The notes under the pieces were generated by a model that was not told the origin of the DNA, did no database searches, and worked only from the letters and a program-made list of their open reading frames with translations. A stretch of 64,000 nt of DNA from a virus. The position numbers were made by a program, and so were the translations under genes. The stretch's first letter is position 1; each line of letters opens with the position of its first letter. The DNA lies in the IMG/VR virus record IMGVR_UViG_3300025508_000006, positions 32,001 to 96,000 of that record. One strand, 5' to 3'. Positions 48,134 to 57,406 of this stretch are shown piece by piece.

Positions 48134-49726
48134 ATGGCAGGCGTAAAGATAACAGACTTAGATTCGGCAATTGGTGCACCAGCATCAGATGACGTTCTAA
48201 TTATAGTAGATACTAGCACTAACGTGACCAAGCAAATCAAAGCATCAGATTTACTTCTTGGTCAGACTGCTGAAAGAGCGAATACTATAAAGATCGCTAA
48301 CGACACAACATCTACCGAAGCGTCTATTCATTTTGGTAATGGTGTAAGTGGATCGTATGATTCTGTTGGTATTAGTAGTTCACTTCAATATAATGCTACT
48401 ACAGGTACTTTGTCTGCACTTGCATTTGAAGGTAACGGTTCTGCTTTAACTAACTTGCCACAGAATGATCCTGTCGTGAATGCGGTTGATGCGGGCGTTG
48501 ATGCTAATCCATATTATCTGATGATTCGCAACAGTGCGACTGGTCTTGACAGTGTACATACTCAGAGCAACTTAACATCTAATCCAAATACTGGTGTATT
48601 AACTTCTCCTTTCTTTGCTGGTAACGGTTCGTTACTAACAGGTGTTCTTGCTGATAGTGCAACTAATGCTGACAGCGCAAACTTTGCTACCGAAGCAACT
48701 CATGCTTTATATGCTGACAGTGCTACACAGGCAGCAAGTGCTTTATTTGCTACAAATGCAACTTATGCTGTTAATGCTGATAGTGCAACAGTCGCTACGT
48801 CCTCTTTGACTTCTGCTCTTGCTACATTCGCTCTTGCCGCTGATAGCGCAGCGAATGCAAGTAATGCGACTCAAGCACAATATGCTGACACTATTGCTAC
48901 TACTACTGCCGCCTCAGAGACAACTTTATATCCTTTCATGGGCACTGCTCAGACTGGATTACAAGCAACTCTTGCCGCTGATGCCGCATTAACATATAAC
49001 GCATCGAACGGTAGATTAACTTCAACAGCATTTTCTGGTGATGGTTCTTTACTTACTAACTTACCTATTCCTGGTGGTGGTAGTATTGCTAACGCATTGA
49101 ATGTACTTCCTTCTGCTGTAGATGCTTCACACTCCATTCTATTTGTTCAGAGTGCGACTGGTGTAGATAGTGTAAACACAGATGCGGGTTTACTGTACAA
49201 TCCATTAAGCAACTTATTAACTGTTGGTGCTTTCTCTGGTGAAGGTAAACTACTCACCGAAGTACCTGCAACAAAGATTAACTCTAACTTTAATCCTACT
49301 ACTGGCACACAGTATGTAATGATGAAAGCGACCCAGACAGGTTCTGATAGTGTATCGGTTGATGGTGGTATCGTATTTGATGCTGCCACTAATACATTGA
49401 CTGCAACGAATCTCGCAGGTAATGGTTCGAACATAACTGATGTTACTGCTACTAATGCCACTAACGCGGTCAACGTAGGAGTTACCACTATTAATGATAG
49501 TGCAACATACTATGTTCACTTGGGTTCGGCAGCATCTGGTAACGATAACACTAACGTGGATCTCAATCTAACATACAATCCTTTGCAGAATTTGATGAAT
49601 ACCGGCATCGCGTATACTACAGATAGCGCAGGTTTATGGAATGGTACCGCACCAACAACTCTTGACTCTGCGGTCAACAGATTTGCATTATTGCTAAAAA
49701 CATTAAACGGACAAGTAGGCGCTTAA
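48134..49726 (+). CDS. Repetitive fibre protein
   Basis: KITDL N-terminus; about 6 copies of a G.DSV.....L.YN.....L....F.G.GS.LT module; Ala-rich ADSA repeats. Confidence 0.7.
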   Translation: MAGVKITDLDSAIGAPASDDVLIIVDTSTNVTKQIKASDLLLGQTAERANTIKIANDTTSTEASIHFGNGVSGSYDSVGISSSLQYNATTGTLSALAFEGNGSALTNLPQNDPVVNAVDAGVDANPYYLMIRNSATGLDSVHTQSNLTSNPNTGVLTSPFFAGNGSLLTGVLADSATNADSANFATEATHALYADSATQAASALFATNATYAVNADSATVATSSLTSALATFALAADSAANASNATQAQYADTIATTTAASETTLYPFMGTAQTGLQATLAADAALTYNASNGRLTSTAFSGDGSLLTNLPIPGGGSIANALNVLPSAVDASHSILFVQSATGVDSVNTDAGLLYNPLSNLLTVGAFSGEGKLLTEVPATKINSNFNPTTGTQYVMMKATQTGSDSVSVDGGIVFDAATNTLTATNLAGNGSNITDVTATNATNAVNVGVTTINDSATYYVHLGSAASGNDNTNVDLNLTYNPLQNLMNTGIAYTTDSAGLWNGTAPTTLDSAVNRFALLLKTLNGQVGA

Positions 49727-49768
49727 CACTAAGTCTAAATAACAGAAAGTATTTGAGGAAGAATAGAA

Positions 49769-50431
49769 ATGGCAGATATTAAAATATCGGCACTACCAGT
49801 ACTAACATCAGCGGTTGATTCTGATGTTATTGTTATTAATGACGTAAGTACTGGATCAACTAAGAAGATTACTCGCGGTCTTTTGTTAAATCATCTAGCA
49901 AAACAACTGCGAGACTCTGCTGATGGCGGTATTGTCATTCCGAATGGTGATCTTACTCTTGCTAACGAACTTATCGCTGGTGGTGACATCTCTACTTCAG
50001 GTACAATTAACTTTGGTATCTTACGTGATTATGTCAACAACACCTATGCAACTTCGATTGTAGATTCTGCGGGTGGTTATGATCTGAGTGATAGTGCTTT
50101 AACTACAACTCAGTCTGTTGTTCAATATCTTGCGACACACACATCTGATCTAATTAAAATTGATTCTGCTGGACCTACACTCACTACACTATATCCAGTA
50201 ATGACAAGTATTGTTACGGGCGAAGATAGTGCGAGAACTGATACACAACTATCATACAATCCACAAACAAATATCTTAACTGCGGGTTCATACTCTGGTT
50301 TAGGTAACTTGCTTGGTTACACTACAGATAGTGCAGGACTATGGACTACACCCGCGCCAACAAATGTTAAAGACGCGATAGACAGATTAGCACTAGCAGT
50401 TAAAACACTCAATAGTCAAGTAGGCGCTTAA
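49769..50431 (+). CDS. Short fibre protein, paralog of 48134..49726
   Basis: Shares the KIS.L N-terminus and the YTTDSAGLW..AP.....A..R.AL..KTLN.QVGA C-terminus. Confidence 0.7.
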   Translation: MADIKISALPVLTSAVDSDVIVINDVSTGSTKKITRGLLLNHLAKQLRDSADGGIVIPNGDLTLANELIAGGDISTSGTINFGILRDYVNNTYATSIVDSAGGYDLSDSALTTTQSVVQYLATHTSDLIKIDSAGPTLTTLYPVMTSIVTGEDSARTDTQLSYNPQTNILTAGSYSGLGNLLGYTTDSAGLWTTPAPTNVKDAIDRLALAVKTLNSQVGA

Positions 50432-53400
50432 TGCACAACGTTTTTACAGATAAGCGGCGGAGACATCTCAATCTGCGCGAACCGCAGGTGCAGGGCGTTC
50501 TTCCCGAGCATTTTGTTACTGCTTATCCGAAGTTCATAAAACTTCTTGAGGAGTATTATGAGTGGCAAGGTCAGTACGAGTCTACCGAACTTCTCAATCA
50601 CCTATTCGCATCTCGTGATATCAATGAAACTGATGTAACATTACTTTCATTTATTGAAGACGAGTTGCTTTTAGGTGAAAATTACTTCGAAGGTTTTGGA
50701 CAATCCGAAGCAGAGAAACGTGCTGCCGCAAACTTTTCTAGCACACTGTTTCGCGCAAAAGGTTCTAAGTTTGCTATTGAATGGTTCTTCAGATCGTTCT
50801 ATGGTTTGGATGCAGAAGTTCTTTATCCTAAAGAAGACATATTTAACGTATCGGATAATGACTCGCGCATTGGTCCGGACTATCTAAACTATCTTACAGA
50901 TGATAAACTATATCAAACATATGCTTTGCTTATTCGTGTAGGTATACCTATCTCACAATGGTCAGAAGTATTTAAGAAGTTTGTACATCCTGCAGGAATG
51001 TATCTTGGCAGTGAAGTATTACTTTCTAGTAATAATATTAGTAACATTATTTTAGATGATGATAGTGCTGGCAGTATACAACGAACTGCTATGTCATATT
51101 CGATTACTAATGACGGTCCTACTGATGAAGGACAAGCAACAACTTTTCAGATTATCGGCAATAATGTACCCGAAGGCACAGGTGTTGTATATGCTTATGT
51201 TACTCACGGTTCAACTACTGACTCAGACTTTCCTCTCAACGCATTGACAATACCCGCACACGGTCCTAACAATCGTTACCCCGCAATTAGTAGTAAAATA
51301 CCACTGCTAAATGATAGTGCAGGACCTGCGTTAATAAATATCAACGATGATAGCGCAACTTTCTCAATAAGAAGTTGGATTGATAGTGACGGTGGTGCTA
51401 GTAGCGACAACTATACATTGAATATTATTGATCATGAAGGCAGATCATTAGACAGTACGCTTATTACTATTAACAACGTCGAACCATCTTACTCTTTAGT
51501 TGCAGATCCCTCGTCGCCACTTGAAGGTGATGTTATAACATGGACAGTCACAGGAACAAACACTCCTTACGATGGTGAGACTACTTTGTTTTATCATGTA
51601 GTTCATGGTGACACAAACGATTCAGACTTCAGTGTTCCTCCTCAACAAGACGCGGATCTACAGAGTGGTGCGGCATTAGTAACTTTATCTGGTGGAATTG
51701 GTTCGTTCACACTTAAAACTATTATTGATGGAGCATCAGATCCCGACGAAGAATTTACTGTTAATATTAGAGACTCTAAGAAGTTACAAGTTGCAAGTAC
51801 AACAGTTTCTGTAACACAAGTAGCAAGTGATTTTACAATTAGTGCTGACGATATAGTTGAAGGTGCATCACTCGTACTTAATATCACTGTAAATCCAGCA
51901 GAAATCGGGGACTCGCTGACATATGTTATAACGAATGGTGATTCTCGAATCGCACCTCTTACAGACACCTTTGTTGTTCCCTCTGAAGGCGGTGGTACAT
52001 TCGTTAAAGTTATACCCACTGAAGTTAGTGATTTATATCAAGGAACTGTAACGCCTACTGTCACTGTAACCAATAACGTAACTAATATTTCAGTACAGAC
52101 CACATTTGATTTAACTGATGTGACTCCAGTATGGGGAATGACATCTGATCCAGAATTTGCTGTAGAAGGTAATACAATCACTTTCTCAGTAGACGGAACA
52201 AATATTCCTGATCCTTCTACCGTATGGTTTGAAATACTTCACGGCACAACTACTAATGCGGATTTCACAGTAACACCTCCGCAGACAGGTACACGCTCAT
52301 CAACTGTTATTAACGATCCGGGTGATACAGTCAAGCAGTTGACAATTGCAAGTGATAGTGAAGTTGGTGATGAGACATTTACTGCACGTCTATATGATGC
52401 GGAGACCGGTGGTAATCTTCTAGCATCTATCCCTTATGTGATACAAGGCACTAACACTTCATATGCTTTATCTCCTAGCGTCTCTTCGGTCAATGAAGGT
52501 GGTCAAGTTACATTCACCTTTACCACGAATCAGGCAGATGGTACATACTATTGGTATATTCCAACATATTCTGGGTATACAATACAAGAGGCAGACTTTG
52601 CTGGTACTATAGGTACAAATACCAATAGAGGTTCATTTGTTGTAACTAGCGGTACTGGTACTATTGTTGTCGATTTAGTTAATGATTCACTTACCGAAGG
52701 TGCGGAAGCATTCAATGTTCTTGTAGCATTGTCTCCGAATGGAAGTGTACCTCCTGTTGTGTCTAGTGGAACTGTCACAGTAAATGATACTTCTGCCACG
52801 ACATTTACCCTTACTCTGAATCCTGCCAATCACGGACAGAGTACTAGCATTACTGAAGGTGCGACTGCATTTCTCCTTATTAATGCAGACACCAATCAAC
52901 CGAATTTACAGACGAATTATGTAGAGATTACTGGTTCCGGTGTTGTAGGAAGATTCCCTGTACAACAGAAAAATGTTACTAATGGTCAGTATCCTAACAG
53001 TCTTTCTTTCGCAACAACGAATAGTAATACCTATCAAGGTTCGCAAGTTGTTACTGCTAAACTATCTACTGGTAACTATGCATCTCTAGGCGGAACAGTA
53101 CTTGATACACTCACGTTCAATCTACTTGATCAAGCACCTGCAATGACATTGACACCTAACGCTACGACTGGTGATGAAGGCGATACTATAACATATACTG
53201 TTAGTGGAACTAACATTCAAGACGGTACTTACTACTGGTACGATCCTGCACTAGTTAAAACTGTCGATGTTCCTTTCGGTCTTGGTTCCGGCACATCACA
53301 AATTAATCACCAAGGATCGCAAGTCGATGTAGAAATAGGAATGTCAACTGATGATGCTAATATACCGGGCACAGTTACTGGCGTATTTGCAGATTATCTC

Positions 53401-54243
53401 ACAATGTCTGATCCCACAACTAGGGCAACAGTTACAGGCGAGCATATAAAGTTTGCGTTTCCTGATAACTTTGCTGACGCAACTGAGATTTATGGTACTG
53501 TAGCAGTTTCAAGCAATTCTGGCACCTTTGAGTTAGATACTCTTGAGAACAGTGATTATGCGGATGATGTCTATACCATGCGTGTTTTTGATAATGAATT
53601 TCAGTATAACTTCAGCGGCACGAATCTTGGTCTTGCCACTGCCGCAACTGTTACTATTGCAGACACTAATCCAATAGTAGTTCAGATTGCAGAGACCTAT
53701 ATATCTGGTTCTGATACTGGTCAGGATTATAGTTGGGGCAGAGAAAATGCCAACCCTGCCATTGCTATGTACCTCTTCAATAATGGCATGTTTGGGTACC
53801 AAGGCGTTAGCAGTAATGACTCGTATATTTCTCCTCCAGAAGCGCGTGGTCCTGATGATGGTAAAGACTATCAAATGCTGGTCAGAGTATACACTAACTC
53901 TGCTAGAACGACTTTATATACTCCGGGTGCTTCTGTTGGAACCATGGGTGCTACCATGACTGGTGGAATACACTACGATCCTTCTACTAATCCTTCATAT
54001 GATGGAATTACCTGGACTAATGCATCTAATCAATGGTTTAAATTAGGGGAACAACCTTCGAACAATAATAGTTTTACAAGATTTGACTTTGCGGGTGAAG
54101 TCTCTTCGCTCTCAACAAAAACTGCGAATTTGTATGTAACGACAGTAATTAAAGAGTACACCGGAACATTAGGTACGGGTACTACGCTACATACTAACAA
54201 CACTTTAGAATTATTCTTAACCGGAAGAGTAGAAACAAGGTAA
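50431..54243 (+). CDS. gp7-like baseplate wedge protein with multiple Ig/Calx-beta-like domains
   Basis: LPE.F...YPKFI..LEEYYEW, FRAKGS..A...FFR..YG, YP, YQ.YA and VHPAGM; then repeated EG..ITF.V.GTN modules and NDSLTEGAEAF. Confidence 0.7.
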   Translation: MHNVFTDKRRRHLNLREPQVQGVLPEHFVTAYPKFIKLLEEYYEWQGQYESTELLNHLFASRDINETDVTLLSFIEDELLLGENYFEGFGQSEAEKRAAANFSSTLFRAKGSKFAIEWFFRSFYGLDAEVLYPKEDIFNVSDNDSRIGPDYLNYLTDDKLYQTYALLIRVGIPISQWSEVFKKFVHPAGMYLGSEVLLSSNNISNIILDDDSAGSIQRTAMSYSITNDGPTDEGQATTFQIIGNNVPEGTGVVYAYVTHGSTTDSDFPLNALTIPAHGPNNRYPAISSKIPLLNDSAGPALININDDSATFSIRSWIDSDGGASSDNYTLNIIDHEGRSLDSTLITINNVEPSYSLVADPSSPLEGDVITWTVTGTNTPYDGETTLFYHVVHGDTNDSDFSVPPQQDADLQSGAALVTLSGGIGSFTLKTIIDGASDPDEEFTVNIRDSKKLQVASTTVSVTQVASDFTISADDIVEGASLVLNITVNPAEIGDSLTYVITNGDSRIAPLTDTFVVPSEGGGTFVKVIPTEVSDLYQGTVTPTVTVTNNVTNISVQTTFDLTDVTPVWGMTSDPEFAVEGNTITFSVDGTNIPDPSTVWFEILHGTTTNADFTVTPPQTGTRSSTVINDPGDTVKQLTIASDSEVGDETFTARLYDAETGGNLLASIPYVIQGTNTSYALSPSVSSVNEGGQVTFTFTTNQADGTYYWYIPTYSGYTIQEADFAGTIGTNTNRGSFVVTSGTGTIVVDLVNDSLTEGAEAFNVLVALSPNGSVPPVVSSGTVTVNDTSATTFTLTLNPANHGQSTSITEGATAFLLINADTNQPNLQTNYVEITGSGVVGRFPVQQKNVTNGQYPNSLSFATTNSNTYQGSQVVTAKLSTGNYASLGGTVLDTLTFNLLDQAPAMTLTPNATTGDEGDTITYTVSGTNIQDGTYYWYDPALVKTVDVPFGLGSGTSQINHQGSQVDVEIGMSTDDANIPGTVTGVFADYLTMSDPTTRATVTGEHIKFAFPDNFADATEIYGTVAVSSNSGTFELDTLENSDYADDVYTMRVFDNEFQYNFSGTNLGLATAATVTIADTNPIVVQIAETYISGSDTGQDYSWGRENANPAIAMYLFNNGMFGYQGVSSNDSYISPPEARGPDDGKDYQMLVRVYTNSARTTLYTPGASVGTMGATMTGGIHYDPSTNPSYDGITWTNASNQWFKLGEQPSNNNSFTRFDFAGEVSSLSTKTANLYVTTVIKEYTGTLGTGTTLHTNNTLELFLTGRVETR

Positions 54244-54249
54244 TACATT

Positions 54250-55155
54250 ATGAATAATATAGATGCAAATGATTTAATATATCAGCAAGATTGGTATGAT
54301 CTTAGCATATGGTATTGTTTTCTGAATAACACGGACGGTTCAACTCGTTATAGAACACCCGCAGTTTTAAATAATGACGGTAGTATTAATTACACTGAGT
54401 CGTACAATGTTATGAATGATTTTCATAAAGCAGAAATGTGGGACTCTTATAGGCAACTAATTCCTAGTGCCGGCAACCCTGCCGCTAACGTATATGTTAA
54501 TGGTCAAATAAAAAGAGTAGATCGTTTAATTAGTGAGACTGAAGGTCAAGAACTTGTTGATATTATTGAAGCACGGTTTCCGGCATATGATCTTGAAACA
54601 TCTCCTCTGAATGTTGTGGGGAGTTACGGTCCTTATAGACCACCCTATACTGCGGCATCGTCAATAAGTTTCTATGATCTGGAGATGTTCACTTCAGCGG
54701 CCGCGGATTTTAGTAGAATCAATGAGTTTGTACACTCACATCCTCCACATTCAAGATATAATGTAGATTTAAACGTATATACAGATTTGATGCCTTGGTT
54801 CGGTTACAAGTTTAACCTTGATGATGACACTGTGTCAATGAAGATTGTTCACCGAAATAAAATATCTACAGTTACTTATCCTCCTGTACCTGAAGTTGTC
54901 ATACATGAGTTGAAAAATATATATTATGCTAGAATACACAACGAAGATGGCACTATAGATAACATGAACGATGTGTTTTTCGATGCGCATTGGCAAGACG
55001 TGCAAGCATATTGTACTGAACATGATTTAGATTATCCGATACCCGAAGGTGTTGATGCTACTCATGTTCTTGTTTGGGGTATTGTGTTTAACGGTACTAC
55101 CGGTGAACCTGTGATGGTGAAAGGATATGAAAGTAGAGATGTACAACCAACTTGA
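54250..55155 (+). CDS. Hypothetical protein
   Basis: 301-aa ORF with no motif recognised. Confidence 0.65.
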   Translation: MNNIDANDLIYQQDWYDLSIWYCFLNNTDGSTRYRTPAVLNNDGSINYTESYNVMNDFHKAEMWDSYRQLIPSAGNPAANVYVNGQIKRVDRLISETEGQELVDIIEARFPAYDLETSPLNVVGSYGPYRPPYTAASSISFYDLEMFTSAAADFSRINEFVHSHPPHSRYNVDLNVYTDLMPWFGYKFNLDDDTVSMKIVHRNKISTVTYPPVPEVVIHELKNIYYARIHNEDGTIDNMNDVFFDAHWQDVQAYCTEHDLDYPIPEGVDATHVLVWGIVFNGTTGEPVMVKGYESRDVQPT

Positions 55156-55354
55156 TATAACTGATATTGATAAGAGATTCTGGGATAAAACAAATGAAGA
55201 GTTGAGTATTGCCAAGCAAAGATATGTTGATGTTCGTATTGAACAACTTGCCGAAGAGCGAGATAAGAATACTGACACCTATGACATAGCGTGGTATAAT
55301 CGACTCATCGAAGAATTGACTTGGGCAAAACAAATGTCCGAGCGAAAGAGATAA
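55139..55354 (+). CDS. Small hypothetical protein
   Basis: RI.QL.EE..K....YD..WYNRLI.EL.W helical ORF before gp16. Confidence 0.55.
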   Translation: MYNQLDITDIDKRFWDKTNEELSIAKQRYVDVRIEQLAEERDKNTDTYDIAWYNRLIEELTWAKQMSERKR

Positions 55355-55357
55355 TAT

Positions 55358-55723
55358 ATGTCAGAAAACAATAACATTGATGCAGACTACAACACCTCTC
55401 GTGACACATACAACGACCTGATTGAGAAAGGTCGTGAGTCTTTAGAGTTGATGATTGAAGTTGCCCGTGAGAGCGAACATCCTAGAGCGTTCGAAGTTCT
55501 TTCTGGTATGATTAAAAACATATCTGATGTTAATGATAAGTTGATGGACTTGAATAAGAAGTACAAAGAAGTCACCGCAACTACTAAACCCGCTTTAGAC
55601 GCGCCTAGTACTGTTACTAATAATAATGTATTCATTGGCAGTACAACAGACTTACAGCGAATGCTGATTAAGAATGCTGAAGAGCAAAAGGTAATTGATG
55701 TCGTTTCAGACGAATCTCAATAG
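55358..55723 (+). CDS. 16: Terminase small subunit gp16
   Basis: DY..SR..Y..LIEKG, ESEHPRAFEV and NNNVFIGSTTDLQ. Confidence 0.92.
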   Translation: MSENNNIDADYNTSRDTYNDLIEKGRESLELMIEVARESEHPRAFEVLSGMIKNISDVNDKLMDLNKKYKEVTATTKPALDAPSTVTNNNVFIGSTTDLQRMLIKNAEEQKVIDVVSDESQ

Positions 55724-57320
55724 CGGCACTTCTTATCTCGGTAATCCTAATGTAAAACGTGACGGCGTATTACAACAATGGACTGAGTGGGAAGTCATGG
55801 AGTACGCGAGATGCAGTAATGATCCTGCCTACTTTGCTCGTACTTACATTAAGATTATATCATTGGATGAAGGTCTTGTAAACTTTAATCTATATGATTA
55901 TCAAGAAAAGATGTTCGATCACTTCGACACAAACAGATTCTCTATTGTACTTGCGTGTAGACAGTCAGGTAAATCTATATCATCAGTTGTATATCTTTTG
56001 TGGTATGCACTCTTTCATCCAGAGAAAACTATTGCTGTTCTAGCAAACAAAGGAGCAACATCTCGTGAAATGCTTCAACGTATCACACTTGCTCTTGAAA
56101 ACTTACCGTTCTTTCTGCAACCAGGTTGTAAAGCACTCAACAAAGGTTCTATTGAATTTTCTAATAATAGTCGAATTATTGCCGCTGCTACTAGCGGGTC
56201 TTCTATTCGTGGTATGTCTGTTAATCTGTTGTTTCTTGATGAGTTTGCTTTCGTTGAACGTGCATCTGAGTTCTACACTTCAACGTACCCAGTCGTCTCT
56301 GCGGGTAAAGATACAAAAGTTATCATCACCTCAACTGCCAATGGAATAGGCAATACATATCACAAAATATGGCAGGGAGCAACACAGGGTGTTAATGAGT
56401 ATAAAGCATTCACTGTAAACTGGTGGGATGTACCTGGGCGAGACGACGAGTGGAAGCGACAGACTATTGCGAATACTTCGCAGTTGCAGTTCGACCAAGA
56501 ATTCGGCAACACCTTCTTTGGAACAGGTGATACGCTGATTAATGCTGGTTGTCTATTAGACTTGAGAGCAATTAATCCTATACAGATACTAGAAGGCGGT
56601 GATTGCCTCGTATATAAAGAACCTGTAAAAAGTCACGAATATATCATGACTTGTGATGTAAGTAAGGGAAGAGGACAGGATTATTCTACATTTACTTTAA
56701 TCGATATTACTACAAGACCTTTTGAGCAGGTGTGTGTATATCGCAATAATACTATCTCTCCATTACTCTTCCCTGACATTATATATAAATATGCGAAAGT
56801 CTACAATGAAGCATATGTAATAGTCGAGTCAAACGATCAAGGCACTGTAGTGTGTCAGGGTCTGTACCACGACTTAGAGTATGAGAATGTCCATGTCGAA
56901 TCTGCTACTAAAGCAAATCGAATCGGTGTTGAGATGACTCGTAAGTCGAAGCGTCTGGGTTGTTCTGCTATCAAAGATATTCTTGAAGAGAACAAATTAG
57001 AAATTGTCGATGAGAATACCATCTTCGAGATGTCTACATTTACAGCACAGGGACAATCATATGAAGCATCTGATGGTAATCACGATGACTTGATGATGAA
57101 TCTAGTGATGTTTGGTTACTTTGTATCTACTCAGTTCTTTGCAGACATGACAGATATTAACTTAAAGCAGATGATGTTCGAGAATCAGGTTAGACAGATC
57201 GAAGATGATATCGTGCCGTTTGGTTTTATTGACAATGGCGACGATGAAATACATAGAATAGAACAAGCAGAGAATGATAAACACCAACAATGGTCAACAT
57301 GGGGCGACGAACCATATTGA
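55698..57320 (+). CDS. 17: Terminase large subunit gp17
   Basis: YLGNPN, Walker A RQSGKS, Walker B LFLDEFAF, ITSTANG, DVSKGRGQDYS and HDDLMM. Confidence 0.97.
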   Translation: MSFQTNLNSGTSYLGNPNVKRDGVLQQWTEWEVMEYARCSNDPAYFARTYIKIISLDEGLVNFNLYDYQEKMFDHFDTNRFSIVLACRQSGKSISSVVYLLWYALFHPEKTIAVLANKGATSREMLQRITLALENLPFFLQPGCKALNKGSIEFSNNSRIIAAATSGSSIRGMSVNLLFLDEFAFVERASEFYTSTYPVVSAGKDTKVIITSTANGIGNTYHKIWQGATQGVNEYKAFTVNWWDVPGRDDEWKRQTIANTSQLQFDQEFGNTFFGTGDTLINAGCLLDLRAINPIQILEGGDCLVYKEPVKSHEYIMTCDVSKGRGQDYSTFTLIDITTRPFEQVCVYRNNTISPLLFPDIIYKYAKVYNEAYVIVESNDQGTVVCQGLYHDLEYENVHVESATKANRIGVEMTRKSKRLGCSAIKDILEENKLEIVDENTIFEMSTFTAQGQSYEASDGNHDDLMMNLVMFGYFVSTQFFADMTDINLKQMMFENQVRQIEDDIVPFGFIDNGDDEIHRIEQAENDKHQQWSTWGDEPY

Positions 57321-57333
57321 AAATAGTGGTATG

Positions 57334-57341
57334 TATAAATA
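57334..57341 (+). promoter_or_regulatory. T4-type late promoter
   Basis: TATAAATA upstream of gp18. Confidence 0.8.
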
Positions 57342-57406
57342 AAACATTGATATATATTCGTATTATGCATCTCTTATCATATGTTTAACTAATAAAGGAC
57401 AAGACC

